This document shows positions 1-11,712 of a stretch of DNA of 64,000 nucleotides, one piece after another (positions within the stretch are counted from its first letter, which is position 1; every line of letters begins with the position of its first letter). This stretch comes from Mycobacterium sp. (GTDB taxonomy: Bacteria; Actinomycetota; Actinomycetes; Mycobacteriales; Mycobacteriaceae). The stretch is from NCBI GenBank assembly GCA_040398865.1, contig JBBATG010000001.1, positions 12,201 to 76,200 on the forward strand, in the 5' to 3' direction. Below the pieces are notes generated by a model. The model did no database searches. It saw only the letters and a program-made list of their open reading frames with translations, and had not been told where the DNA came from. A program made the position numbers and the translations under genes.

Positions 1-488
1 GCCGCCACCGCCAGCAGTCCGACGCTGCCACCGCCCACCACCAGCACCCGCTCACCGGGCGCGGCAGCGACCTTGCGCAGTGCGTGCCAGCTCACCGCCA
101 ATGGCTCGACCAGTGAGGCGTCCCGGACATCGAGGCTCTCGGGCAATGCCACCAGGCAGTCCGGCGGCACCGCCACCCGTTCGGCCAGTCCCCCGTCGAA
201 CGCCACCCCGATGATCCCGTGCGGCGTCTCGCCCCGGCAGCGCTGCGGGGCGCCGAGGAGGCACTGGTCGCACCGCCCGCAGCGCACCGTGGGCTCCACG
301 CAGTACGCGCGTCCGTCGAGCGTGCCGGCGATCTCGTGGCCGAGGGTGACCGGCAGGTTCCACCCCAGCAGGGTCAGATCGCTGCCGCAGATGCTGGCCG
401 AGGCGACCTCGAGCACCGGCCAGTCGCCGCCGGGTTCCCCGACATCGAGGACTATCGGATTTCCCTCGCGTGATCTCACGGCTCGCAT
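1..488 (-). CDS. Zn-dependent alcohol dehydrogenase (MDR family), 3' end runs off the window
   Basis: Not in ORF track; translated by hand from ATG at 488: MRAVRSREGNPIVLDV...ASICGSD...GHEIAG...CGRCDQC...C...LVEPLAV...VVGGGSVG (catalytic Zn C/H, 4-Cys structural Zn, GxGxxG-like motif). Confidence 0.9.
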   Translation of the reverse strand, partial: MRAVRSREGNPIVLDVGEPGGDWPVLEVASASICGSDLTLLGWNLPVTLGHEIAGTLDGRAYCVEPTVRCGRCDQCLLGAPQRCRGETPHGIIGVAFDGGLAERVAVPPDCLVALPESLDVRDASLVEPLAVSWHALRKVAAAPGERVLVVGGGSVGLLAVA

Positions 489-514
489 CGCCACATTGTG
501 CTGTACTGCGGCGC

Positions 515-2059
515 ATGCACTGTGATTACGTCGTCGTCGGGACCGGTTCGGCCGGATCGGTAGTCGCCAATCGGCTCAGCGCCGATCCCGGCGCGCAGGT
601 GGTGGTGCTCGAAGCCGGGCCGATGGACACCGAGAAGTTCGTCCACATCCCTGCCGCCTTCTCCAAGCTGTTCCGCAGCCCTTTGGACTGGAATTACCAG
701 ACCGAGCCGCAGAAGGAAGTCGGCGGACGCGAAATCTATTGGCCGCGAGGCAAAGTGCTCGGCGGCTCATCCTCGATGAACGCCATGATGTGGGTTCCCG
801 GCTTCCCCGAGGACTACGACGAGTGGGCGCAGCAGGCCGGTGAGCAGTGGGACTACGAGCACCTGCGGCCCTACCTCGACAAGATCGAGAACGGGTCACT
901 GGTGATCTCCCCGCAGCGCAGCCCGCGTTCGTCGACGTCTGCCTGGCTGCGGGCCGCCGAGCAGGCCGGATACCGGCTGACCTCGCCGGATCGGCCGGTG
1001 CTCGACGGATTCTGCGAGACCGCCGTCACCCAGCGCCGCGGCGCGCGGTGGAGTTGCGCCGACGCCTATCTCAAGCCGGTGCTCTACCGCAAGAACCTGA
1101 CCCTGGTGACCGAGGCCCAGGTGCGCCGGGTGATCTTCGAGGGCACCCGCGCGGTGGGCGTGGAGTTCGACGACGCCGCCGGCCGGCGTCAGACGGTGCG
1201 CGCCGCCCGCGAAGTGGTGCTGTGCGCCGGGGCGGTCAACACCCCGCAACTGCTGATGCTCTCCGGTATCGGCGAGCCCGCCGACCTTCGCGATCTCGGG
1301 ATCGACGTTCTCGCCGACTCCCCCGAGGTCGGGCGAAACATGCTCGACCACCTGATCACCCCACTGGGATTCGACGTTCCCGACGACAGCCTGTGGGCGG
1401 CGGAGAAACCCCTGCAACTGGCGAATTACCTTCTCCGCCGGCGCGGAATGCTGACCTCCAATGTCGGTGAGGCGTATGGGTTCGTGCGCAGCCGCCCGGA
1501 GTTGGATCTGCCTGATCTGGAGTTGATCTGGGCGCCGGCACCCTTCTTCGAGGAGGGTGTCGGTGAGGACTATGGCCGCCACGCCATCGCCACCGGCCCG
1601 GTGCTGCTCAAACCGCTCAGCACCGGCACCGTGACGCTGCGCTCGGCCGATCCCGCCACCAAGCCGATCATCGACCCCCGCTACCTCACCGACCCCGACG
1701 GGGTGGACCGGGCGGCCATCATGGCCGGCTTGCGGGCGACGGTGCGCATCGCGCACTCCCCCGCACTCAAGGACGTGATCGGCGGTATTGCCCGGCCACT
1801 GCACGCCACCGTCCTCGACGACGAGACCCTCGAGCGAGCCATCGACACCTGTTCGCACACCCTCTACCACCCGGTCGGGACTTGCCGGATGGGTCGCGAC
1901 GACCTCAGTGTCGTCGACCCGCAGTTGCGGGTGCGCGGAGTGCACGGTCTGCGGGTGGCCGACGCGTCGGTGATGCCCGCCATCGTCCGCGGCCACACCC
2001 ACGCACCCGCGGTGATCATCGGCGAAAAGGCCGCCGACCTGATCGTCGCCGGCGCCTAG
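515..2059 (+). CDS. GMC family oxidoreductase (choline dehydrogenase-like)
   Basis: FAD motif VVVGTGSAG, RGKVLGGSSSMN, C-terminal YHPVGTC and VADASVMP; start moved to ATG 515 (MHCDYVVVG). Confidence 0.92.
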   Translation: MHCDYVVVGTGSAGSVVANRLSADPGAQVVVLEAGPMDTEKFVHIPAAFSKLFRSPLDWNYQTEPQKEVGGREIYWPRGKVLGGSSSMNAMMWVPGFPEDYDEWAQQAGEQWDYEHLRPYLDKIENGSLVISPQRSPRSSTSAWLRAAEQAGYRLTSPDRPVLDGFCETAVTQRRGARWSCADAYLKPVLYRKNLTLVTEAQVRRVIFEGTRAVGVEFDDAAGRRQTVRAAREVVLCAGAVNTPQLLMLSGIGEPADLRDLGIDVLADSPEVGRNMLDHLITPLGFDVPDDSLWAAEKPLQLANYLLRRRGMLTSNVGEAYGFVRSRPELDLPDLELIWAPAPFFEEGVGEDYGRHAIATGPVLLKPLSTGTVTLRSADPATKPIIDPRYLTDPDGVDRAAIMAGLRATVRIAHSPALKDVIGGIARPLHATVLDDETLERAIDTCSHTLYHPVGTCRMGRDDLSVVDPQLRVRGVHGLRVADASVMPAIVRGHTHAPAVIIGEKAADLIVAGA

Positions 2060-2102
2060 GCAGGTGTCACTAGGCAGGTGCCACTAGGCAGGTGCCACTA
2101 GG
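2056..2102. repeat. 14-bp tandem repeat, 3 copies plus a partial (CTAGGCAGGTG[T/C]CA)
   Basis: Units at 2056, 2070, 2084, partial CTAGG at 2098, between two convergent genes. Confidence 0.95.
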
Positions 2103-2108
2103 TAGACG

Positions 2109-3032
2109 TCAGTAGTGGTAGGTGTCGCTCGGTGCCGGAACGTGCACGGCGTGATCGTCGAACTCCGACAACTCGATCCCGTACGCGCGTGCCAGTTCGA
2201 GGATCTTGTTGGCGCGAGCCAGACGGGGAACGTCAGATCCGTTGCGGATCTCGCCCCCGTCGTTTTCGAACTCGGCGAGGAATTCCTGGGCCCAGGTGAT
2301 CTCGTCCTGTGAGGGTGAGAGTCCCTCGTTGACCGTCCCACACTGATCAGGGGTCAGGCAGATCTTGCCGGTCATGCCGAACTCGGCAGAGACCGCCGTG
2401 GCCTCGCTGAGCTTCAGCGCGCTGGATCCCACGGTGGGGCCGTCGATGGCGCCGGGCAGGTGTGCGGCCTTGGCGGCGATGGTGAACCGCGATCGGGCAT
2501 ACGCCAGTGTGGTCGGGTGCTCCCCGAAGCCGGTGTCGCGCCGGAAGTCGCCGATACCGAAGGCCAATCGAAACGCGCCCTTGGTGGCGGCGATCTCGGT
2601 GATGCGCTCCAGTCCGCGTGCCGTCTCGACCAGGGCGACGATCTTCACTCCCGGCAGCAGCCGGGCGGTCTCGGTGACGTGGTCGACCGACTCCACCATG
2701 GCCAGCATCACCCCGCCCACCGACGTGCCTGCCAGCATCGCGAGGTCGTCGGCCCAGAATTGGGTGCCGAAACCGTTGATCCGCACCCAGTCGCCGGTGC
2801 CGGCGTCGAGCCAGCGCTTGACGTTATCGCGCGCGGCGGCCTTGCCGCCCGGGGCGACCGCGTCCTCGATGTCGAGGACCACGATGTCGGCCTTGGAGCG
2901 GGCGGCCGGGGCAAACTTGTCGAACTGTGCGCCGTTGACCAGCAGCCAGCTGCGCGCCAGTACCGGGTCGATGCGGTAGCCGGGCTCGTGGGTCTCGGCT
3001 TCCGAACCGTTGACGGTGGATTGGTCGTACAT
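2109..3032 (-). CDS. HpcH/HpaI aldolase / citrate lyase beta family protein (Rv3075c-like)
   Basis: RIDPVLARSWLLVNG, VLDIEDAV, LVETARG, FGIGDF, ends PAPSDTYHY; start at ATG 3032. Confidence 0.9.
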   Translation of the reverse strand: MYDQSTVNGSEAETHEPGYRIDPVLARSWLLVNGAQFDKFAPAARSKADIVVLDIEDAVAPGGKAAARDNVKRWLDAGTGDWVRINGFGTQFWADDLAMLAGTSVGGVMLAMVESVDHVTETARLLPGVKIVALVETARGLERITEIAATKGAFRLAFGIGDFRRDTGFGEHPTTLAYARSRFTIAAKAAHLPGAIDGPTVGSSALKLSEATAVSAEFGMTGKICLTPDQCGTVNEGLSPSQDEITWAQEFLAEFENDGGEIRNGSDVPRLARANKILELARAYGIELSEFDDHAVHVPAPSDTYHY

Positions 3033-3182
3033 TGCTGGCCCTGGTGCCTCTCGATGCTGAAACAGTGCGCCCCATCGTCCCATCTCCAGCAGGGAAGGCC
3101 AAACCGGGCGTGTGCTCAGTCGGCCGGCGCCGGGAGTCTGAGGCGCTGCGGAGGTGGGCCTGCCAGGTCGTAGGCTCTGGCA

Positions 3183-4160
3183 ATGATCGAAGCCGGCCGT
3201 ATCCTGTCGATCTGGCGCTATCCGGTCAAGTCGATGGCCGGTGAACGCCTCGACAGCGCCACGTTTTCGGACCTGGGACTTCACGCCGACCGCACCTGGG
3301 CGGTGCGCGACGTGGAACTCAACGCCACGACCAGCGCCAAGCGGCTACCCGGGCTGATGTTCTGCACGGCGCGCTACGCGCAACCGCCCGGGCCCGACGC
3401 CGGCCCAGGCCACGCCCCCGAGGTGATCATCGGGTTCCCCGACGGCCGGGAGTGCTCCAGTGCCGACCCCTCGATCCATCACGCACTGTCGGAGTACCTG
3501 GATCGCGACGTGGAACTGCGGCCGCTGCCCGCCATCGATGATCGCGACGACTACCGCGCGCCCGTGGCGACGAAGAATGATCTGCGCACGATCTTCGGAC
3601 TTGGCCCCGATGAGCCGCTGCCTGATCTGTCGATGTTCCCGGTGCGCAAACTCGCCGAGATCACCCGGTACACCACGCCGCTGGGCAGTTACGTCGACGC
3701 CTACCCGGTGCACCTTCTCACCGTGCAGTCACTGCAGGCGATGGCCACGCTGGCGCCGGGCTCGGACTTCGATGTGCGACGCTTCCGGCCCACGATCCTC
3801 ATCGACTCACCCGCGCAGACCGATCAGCCCGAATTGGACTGGTGCGGCGGGGTTCTGCACGCCGCCGAGGCCGACTTCGCACCGCTGATTCCCACCATCC
3901 GGTGTGTCATGCCGACCCATCCGCAACCCGACCTGGACCGCGATCCCGCCGTCACCCGCACCATCGCCGCCCACGCCCGCCGGTGCCTGGGGGTGTACGG
4001 CACGGTGCTCAAGGGCGGCCGTGTCAGTGTGGGAGAGACTCTGCGGGTCGATCTGCCGAACCGTTCGGCGGTGGCGGCCACCGCGGGTTCGGCGGCCGCG
4101 ACGGCCAAGCGGGTGCTGATGCGTGCCGTGTCGGTAGCGCTGCCCCGCGGCAAGCGCTGA
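3183..4160 (+). CDS. MOSC domain protein (MOSC_N beta-barrel + MOSC)
   Basis: IWRYPVKSMAGE, DRTWAV, RRFRPTILI, conserved Cys in PTIRCVMPT. Confidence 0.9.
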   Translation: MIEAGRILSIWRYPVKSMAGERLDSATFSDLGLHADRTWAVRDVELNATTSAKRLPGLMFCTARYAQPPGPDAGPGHAPEVIIGFPDGRECSSADPSIHHALSEYLDRDVELRPLPAIDDRDDYRAPVATKNDLRTIFGLGPDEPLPDLSMFPVRKLAEITRYTTPLGSYVDAYPVHLLTVQSLQAMATLAPGSDFDVRRFRPTILIDSPAQTDQPELDWCGGVLHAAEADFAPLIPTIRCVMPTHPQPDLDRDPAVTRTIAAHARRCLGVYGTVLKGGRVSVGETLRVDLPNRSAVAATAGSAAATAKRVLMRAVSVALPRGKR

Positions 4161-4182
4161 GCATCGCCTATGCCCAGGCGAT

Positions 4183-5142
4183 CTAGATATAGGGCGCAAC
4201 GGCCTGCACTCGCGCCCGCCACCAGCTGACCCGGGCGGGGTCGGCGGCGAATCGCTCCAGCAGTGCCGGGTCCGGTCCCGGGGGCATCGGAGCGACCGGG
4301 AGGTGTCCGTCCACCGGGATCAGTGACCGGCCCGAGCTGACCAGATCACCGCTGAGCAGGGCCACGCCGCCCAGTTGATGGGCGAACCCGGGGTCGGGCA
4401 GCACCCCGGCCAAAGCCAACCCGCCGGCAGAGCCGATGGTGCTTTCCCGCGCGCTGCTCACCACACACGGCAGACCGCAGTGGTCCGCGAACCGCAGCGC
4501 GCGGCGCACCCCCCCGAGTGCGGATACGGTCAGCACGGCGATATCGGCGGCCTCGGCCAGGTTCATATCCAGCGGGTGATCGGATTCGCAGACCAGTCGG
4601 CCGACCGCGACGGGAACGTCCAATCGCTTTCTGGCGGAGACGGTTTCGACCAGTGTCGTACAGGGGTGTTCGATGAACTCCAGTCCCCCGGCGGCGCGCG
4701 CCAGCACCGGCACCGCGGCCACGGCACCGTCGGCATCCCAGGCCCCGCCGGCATCACAGCGGATAGCACCATCGGGTCCGAGGGCGTCACGGACCGCTTC
4801 CAGGCGGGCGATGTCGTCGGCCAGCGAGCCTGCTCCCACCGTGACCGCCGCAGTCCGGCATCCGGAGGCGGTGACGATCTGATGGGCCCGATCGGCTCCC
4901 ACGGCCGGCACCGTCACCGCGACCGGCACCCGGCCGCGGACCGGGTCGGGCCAGCCGACGGTGCCGACCTCGATGGCGGCGGTCAGCCAGCGGGCGGCGC
5001 CGCGTTCATCGAGATGGCGCGGTGCGCTGAACTCCCCCCAGCCCTGCGGACCCTCAAGCAGCATGCCCTCGCAGACCTCCGGGCCATCGGTGAGCGGGAT
5101 GGCGAACACTGGTGCCGCATCGAAGTCGATCCAGGTCTTCAC
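4183..5142 (-). CDS. o-succinylbenzoate synthase (MenC)-like enolase superfamily protein with degenerate active site
   Basis: EGPQGWGEF, RVPVAVTVPAV, VVSSARES, WWRARV match mycobacterial MenC; catalytic KxK reads AVT and the third metal ligand (ADE) reads VGR. Confidence 0.8.
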   Translation of the reverse strand: MKTWIDFDAAPVFAIPLTDGPEVCEGMLLEGPQGWGEFSAPRHLDERGAARWLTAAIEVGTVGWPDPVRGRVPVAVTVPAVGADRAHQIVTASGCRTAAVTVGAGSLADDIARLEAVRDALGPDGAIRCDAGGAWDADGAVAAVPVLARAAGGLEFIEHPCTTLVETVSARKRLDVPVAVGRLVCESDHPLDMNLAEAADIAVLTVSALGGVRRALRFADHCGLPCVVSSARESTIGSAGGLALAGVLPDPGFAHQLGGVALLSGDLVSSGRSLIPVDGHLPVAPMPPGPDPALLERFAADPARVSWWRARVQAVAPYI

Positions 5143-5153
5143 TTCCGCCCCGA

Positions 5154-6038
5154 CTAGGCCGTCGGGGACCAGTAGCCGAGCAACTCGGCGAAGGTGTCGA
5201 ATGCCGCCGCGGAAGCGCCGTAGGTGGCTTCGAGGTGGATACTCAGCGGGTAGCCCAGGTCAGCGACATCGTCGATGATCCGCTTGTACAGATCGAGCAT
5301 CAGCGCGCGCTTGCGCTCCGGCTCGCTGCCGGCCAGGGTCCGCACGAATTCCTGTTCGGCGGCCACCGCCGCGTTTCCGGGATCCTGGATCAGCCAATTC
5401 ACCAGCCCCACAGTGCTTTCCATCTTCGGCACGAACCCGAAGGACAGCAGGATCTCCGGGCGGTGGTCGCTGGCCGCGGCGAAGTTGCGTAGGAACCCGA
5501 CGATCGCGTCGGAGTACAGCAGCTGGGTCAGCGCGTAGGTGGCGCCCTGGTCGCACTTGAACCCGAACCGGCCGATCTCCCCCTCGCGGGTCGGGATCAG
5601 CACCACACCGCGGTTGGCAACGAGATCGCGGTAGATGTTGAGGGCGTCGGTGGGTGGTACGCCGGTGCCCTCGCCGTCACTCATGGTGCGCGGCACGCCC
5701 ACGAACGCGATCCCCTCAACGCCGGCCGCCAGCAGATCGCCCAGACGCCGGCGCAGGACCGGTTCGCTCGAGAACGAGGTCACCTGGGTGCACAACCCGT
5801 GCACACCCGGCATCTCCGGGGCGATCAGCGACCAGTACTCGAGCACATCGAGTTTCGGCTTCATCTCGACCGGTCGACCTGAGTCCTCGTCGATCATCCC
5901 GGGGATCATCACGTGCCCGATGCGCACATCAGCCGCCGCCGAGAGGCGCATCACCTTTCGGGCTTCGCCGAGTCGCTGTTCGCGATCGCGCTCGACGTTG
6001 GGCGGCACAAGCTCGAAGGCCACCGTGTTGAAAGGCAC
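5154..6038 (-). CDS. Mycobacterial flavin-independent methylenetetrahydrofolate reductase (Rv2172c/MSMEG_6596 family)
   Basis: NTVAFELVPPN, HVMIPGMI, GLCTQVT, FVGVPR, TQLLYSD, LSFGFVPK, IHLEATYG match Rv2172c as recalled. Confidence 0.9.
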   Translation of the reverse strand: MPFNTVAFELVPPNVERDREQRLGEARKVMRLSAAADVRIGHVMIPGMIDEDSGRPVEMKPKLDVLEYWSLIAPEMPGVHGLCTQVTSFSSEPVLRRRLGDLLAAGVEGIAFVGVPRTMSDGEGTGVPPTDALNIYRDLVANRGVVLIPTREGEIGRFGFKCDQGATYALTQLLYSDAIVGFLRNFAAASDHRPEILLSFGFVPKMESTVGLVNWLIQDPGNAAVAAEQEFVRTLAGSEPERKRALMLDLYKRIIDDVADLGYPLSIHLEATYGASAAAFDTFAELLGYWSPTA

Positions 6039-6071
6039 GGTGACACACCCTACCGAGGGTGGTGCCCGGCC

Positions 6072-6093
6072 AGTCTTGACTGAGTCCAGAAAA
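6072..6093 (+). promoter_or_regulatory. FurA autoregulatory box overlapping the furA -35 (TTGACT)
   Basis: AGTCTTGACTGAGTCCAGAAAA, close to the AT-rich element conserved upstream of mycobacterial furA genes. Confidence 0.75.
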
Positions 6094-6138
6094 CAGCGGA
6101 GGATGTCGCCCGTGAGGGCCCAAACACCGGCGGGGGAC

Positions 6139-8816
<2,678 letters not shown>

Positions 8817-8825
8817 GCACCGTTC

Positions 8826-8870
8826 GAGTAAAGGGCCCCCCGCGGAACGTCCGCGGGGGGCCCTTTACTC
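8826..8870. terminator. Probable bidirectional intrinsic terminator
   Basis: Perfect 20-bp inverted repeat GAGTAAAGGGCCCCCCGCGG / CCGCGGGGGGCCCTTTACTC with a 5-nt loop, between convergent genes. Confidence 0.9.
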
Positions 8871-8881
8871 GGTCTGCCGGT

Positions 8882-9157
8882 CTACGTGCAGCCGCCGGCA
8901 CTGATCCAGCGGCCGTTCCAGCCCACGCACGCGCTGGCGTTGGGGGTGATCGGGGCATATGCGTCCGGCGGCACCACATAGGGCGCCATCACGTCGGCGA
9001 GGCTCGCGCAGCCGCTCACCGTCACCCGTCGTCCCGCACTGGCGCAGACGTCGGCCTGCGCCTCACCGCTCGGGCCGAATGTCAGGATCGCGACCGGCAC
9101 CGCGGTCAGGGTCAGTACGGCGGCCGCGATGGCCCCGCAGCGGCGCGAGGTAGTCAT
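8882..9157 (-). CDS. Small secreted 4-Cys protein (91 aa)
   Basis: MTTSRRCGAIAAAVLTLTAVPVAILTFGPSGEAQA-DVCASAGRRVTVSGC...NASACVGWNGRWISAGGCT; signal peptide; ATGA overlap with the ccdA stop. Confidence 0.75.
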   Translation of the reverse strand: MTTSRRCGAIAAAVLTLTAVPVAILTFGPSGEAQADVCASAGRRVTVSGCASLADVMAPYVVPPDAYAPITPNASACVGWNGRWISAGGCT

Positions 9158-10038
9158 ACCGGCGAGTCTAGGCGCGTTGGTGGATTGGGGACGGCACGGC
9201 GGCGGCGGCGCTGCAACGCCCACGCGGAGCCCGCCAGTGCCACGAGGGCGACCAGCGCCACCAGCCACGGCCATGCCCCACCCCGGTAGACCCAGCCCGC
9301 CACGGTTCCCTGCACCCGACCCGCCGCCGCAATCACCGGATCCTGCGCGCTTCCGCCGGCGAACAGCCGCAGTTCGAACCATCCGTAGTACGCGACGTAG
9401 GCCCCGACGACCGCAAGAATCGCCCCGCTGATCCGGTTGATGTAGGGCAGCACCGTCCGCATCCGCGCCACCACGGTGGTGCTGGCCAATGCGACGGCCA
9501 CCGCAAGTACTCCGACCACCAGCGCGATCCCGGCGGCATAGGCCGCGTACACCAGGAAGCCGGTGAGGGCGGAGCCGCTGCGCAGACTGCTGCCGGTCAC
9601 CGCCAGGAACGGGCCGACCGTGCACGACAGGGACGCGATCGCGTAGCTGACTCCGTAGCCGAACATGGATCCCAGTCGCGAGGTGGGCGCCCACCCCGGC
9701 CCCTTCCCGATCGAGGGGAACTTCAGTTCCCGACCGAGCAGCAACCAGATACCCAGTGCCACAAGCGATACGCCGACCACCAGCGTCACATACGGCATGT
9801 AGCGCTGCAGAGTGCTGGCCAGGGACACGGTCAACAGGCCGAAGGAGCCGAACACCGCGAGGAATCCCAGTGCCATCGCGGCGGTCGCACCCAGGGCGCG
9901 GCCCACTGCCGCGGCCTGGGTGCCGCCCTCGCGTTGCACCACGAACGTCAGGTAGGCGGGCAACATGGCGAACCCGCACGGGTTGAACGCCGCCACCATT
10001 CCGGCGGCGAACGCCAATCCGACCAGGTCGGAGTTCAC
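9154..10038 (-). CDS. ccdA: Cytochrome c biogenesis CcdA/DsbD-type membrane thiol-disulfide transporter
   Basis: AFNPCGFAMLPAY and SLSCTVGPFL paired Cys motifs; multiple TM helices. Confidence 0.9.
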   Translation of the reverse strand: MNSDLVGLAFAAGMVAAFNPCGFAMLPAYLTFVVQREGGTQAAAVGRALGATAAMALGFLAVFGSFGLLTVSLASTLQRYMPYVTLVVGVSLVALGIWLLLGRELKFPSIGKGPGWAPTSRLGSMFGYGVSYAIASLSCTVGPFLAVTGSSLRSGSALTGFLVYAAYAAGIALVVGVLAVAVALASTTVVARMRTVLPYINRISGAILAVVGAYVAYYGWFELRLFAGGSAQDPVIAAAGRVQGTVAGWVYRGGAWPWLVALVALVALAGSAWALQRRRRRAVPNPPTRLDSPV

Positions 10039-10045
10039 GGCGCGC

Positions 10046-10540
10046 TCAGGACGTCAATGCGCGCACCCGGTCGGTGAGCTCCTGCTGTGACATCGCCGAA
10101 GTCGGGTTGTTCACGAACGAGGAGGTCCCGTCGGGACGCAGGAAGACATACGCCGGCTGCCACGGCACATTGAACTTCGCCCAAATCGAGCCGTCGGCGT
10201 CATTGATATTGGTGAAGTTCAGGTTGTACTTCGCGACGAAGCCCTGCATCGACCCGACGTCCGCACGGGTGGATACCCCCACGAACGTCACCGCCGGGTT
10301 CGCTGCGGCGACCGCGCTCACGCTGGGTGCCTCGGCGTTGCAGAACGGGCACCACGGCGTCCAGAACCACAGCACCGCGGGCTTGCCCTGCAGGCTGGCG
10401 CCGTTGAACGTTCCCCCGCTCAGGGTGGTACCGGTGAAGTTGAGGTCCTCGGCCTGCGCGGTCGCCGGCTTGGCGATCCCGAAGGTCAGGGAGGCCACCG
10501 CGAGCACGAGCGTGAGCATTCTGATCACATGGGTTTTCAT
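10046..10540 (-). CDS. dsbE: Secreted thioredoxin-fold disulfide oxidoreductase DsbE/Mpt53
   Basis: Signal peptide, VLWFWTPWCPFCNAEAP, VPWQPAY (cis-Pro); start ATG 10540 preceded by TAGAGT -10 (leaderless). Confidence 0.9.
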   Translation of the reverse strand: MKTHVIRMLTLVLAVASLTFGIAKPATAQAEDLNFTGTTLSGGTFNGASLQGKPAVLWFWTPWCPFCNAEAPSVSAVAAANPAVTFVGVSTRADVGSMQGFVAKYNLNFTNINDADGSIWAKFNVPWQPAYVFLRPDGTSSFVNNPTSAMSQQELTDRVRALTS

Positions 10541-10638
10541 AGAAACGACTCTAGGTCCGGATCGCCCGAGTTTGCCAGCTGTGCCGCGACCGGTCAGAAA
10601 CGCGTAAGACCGAGTCGCCCGCGTCATACCGTAGGCGG

Positions 10639-11712
10639 ATGAGCACCGACGATGACCTCTCCCGGGCCTTTCACGAACTGCTCGACGAGCTCAAGTCGGT
10701 GGAGCGCAAGTTCCTCGCCGCCGACCCGCCGCTGACCGAACCCGACGTCCTCGACTCCTACCGGCTGTTGCTGAGCCTGCTGCACGTCGCGGTGAACGCC
10801 TACGTGTGGGGCGATACCGACAATCCGCGTTTCGTCGACGTCATCGGCCCCTACCTCAAGTGGGGCGGGGACAACTCGGATGCGTTCTACCAGCTCGCGC
10901 CGATCGCACCCGGCCGGACCTACCGGGTGTGGGGAAACCGCGGCGACTCGGTGTATCTCTCGCTCACCGTCTACGGCGGACCCGATGACGGCCACTACAG
11001 CACCCGGATCGTCGGGACCGTCAACCACCAGTCGCTGGAGTTCGATGACGACGGCAATTTCGAGCTGTTCCTCTCCCCTGACGAGCACCCGGGGACCTGG
11101 CTGCAACTCGAGGCCGACGCGGTGGTCGCCCTGACCCGCGACTACCTCGACGACCCCGGCACCGACCGCCGGGCCACCTGGAGTATCGAATCGGTTGACC
11201 GCCCCGAGCGGCGCCACGACAACCGAGCCGACCTCACCCGACGGCTGCGGGCCGCGCGGACCTGGATCAGTGAGCAGTGCTCGTTCATTCCGGTCCGGAT
11301 CTCCCCGCCCAACGAGATCGCCGAGCCCTACCCCGTCCCGCAGAACGCCTACGGCTGGTCGGCCGCGGACGCCGCCTACGCCATGGGCGCCTACGAACTG
11401 GCCCCCGATGAGGCGCTGGTCATCGACGGCACCTCACCGGAGTGCGTGTTCTGGAACATCTGCCTGTGGAACCCGTTCCTGCACACGTTCAACTACGACT
11501 ACGAGCGGGTCACCCTCAACGGCGCGCATGTGACCTATCGGCGCGACGGCTCCTGGCAGATCGTGGTCAGTGACGCCGACCCGGGGCATCCGAACTGGGT
11601 GTCCACCGCCGGCCGGCGCACCGGTCTGATCTGGCTGCGATGGTTCCTGCCCGCCCAGACCCCGCACCGGCCCGCCTGCCGGGTCGTGAACATCAGCGAG
11701 ATCCCGGCGTGA
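10639..11712 (+). CDS. DUF1214 domain protein (Rv3531c-like)
   Basis: KWGGDNSDAFY, YRVWGNRG, FWNICLWN, PNWVSTAG, WLRW; precedes a sulfotransferase; leaderless (TACCGT 6 nt before ATG). Confidence 0.85.
   Translation: MSTDDDLSRAFHELLDELKSVERKFLAADPPLTEPDVLDSYRLLLSLLHVAVNAYVWGDTDNPRFVDVIGPYLKWGGDNSDAFYQLAPIAPGRTYRVWGNRGDSVYLSLTVYGGPDDGHYSTRIVGTVNHQSLEFDDDGNFELFLSPDEHPGTWLQLEADAVVALTRDYLDDPGTDRRATWSIESVDRPERRHDNRADLTRRLRAARTWISEQCSFIPVRISPPNEIAEPYPVPQNAYGWSAADAAYAMGAYELAPDEALVIDGTSPECVFWNICLWNPFLHTFNYDYERVTLNGAHVTYRRDGSWQIVVSDADPGHPNWVSTAGRRTGLIWLRWFLPAQTPHRPACRVVNISEIPA

Noticed and set aside
2056-2102. Possible mini-CRISPR array
   Set aside because: Units are contiguous with no spacers, only 14 bp long, and there are no cas genes.
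4183-5142. Calling this gene a functional menC
   Set aside because: Both catalytic Lys and one metal ligand are missing, and there are no men genes nearby.
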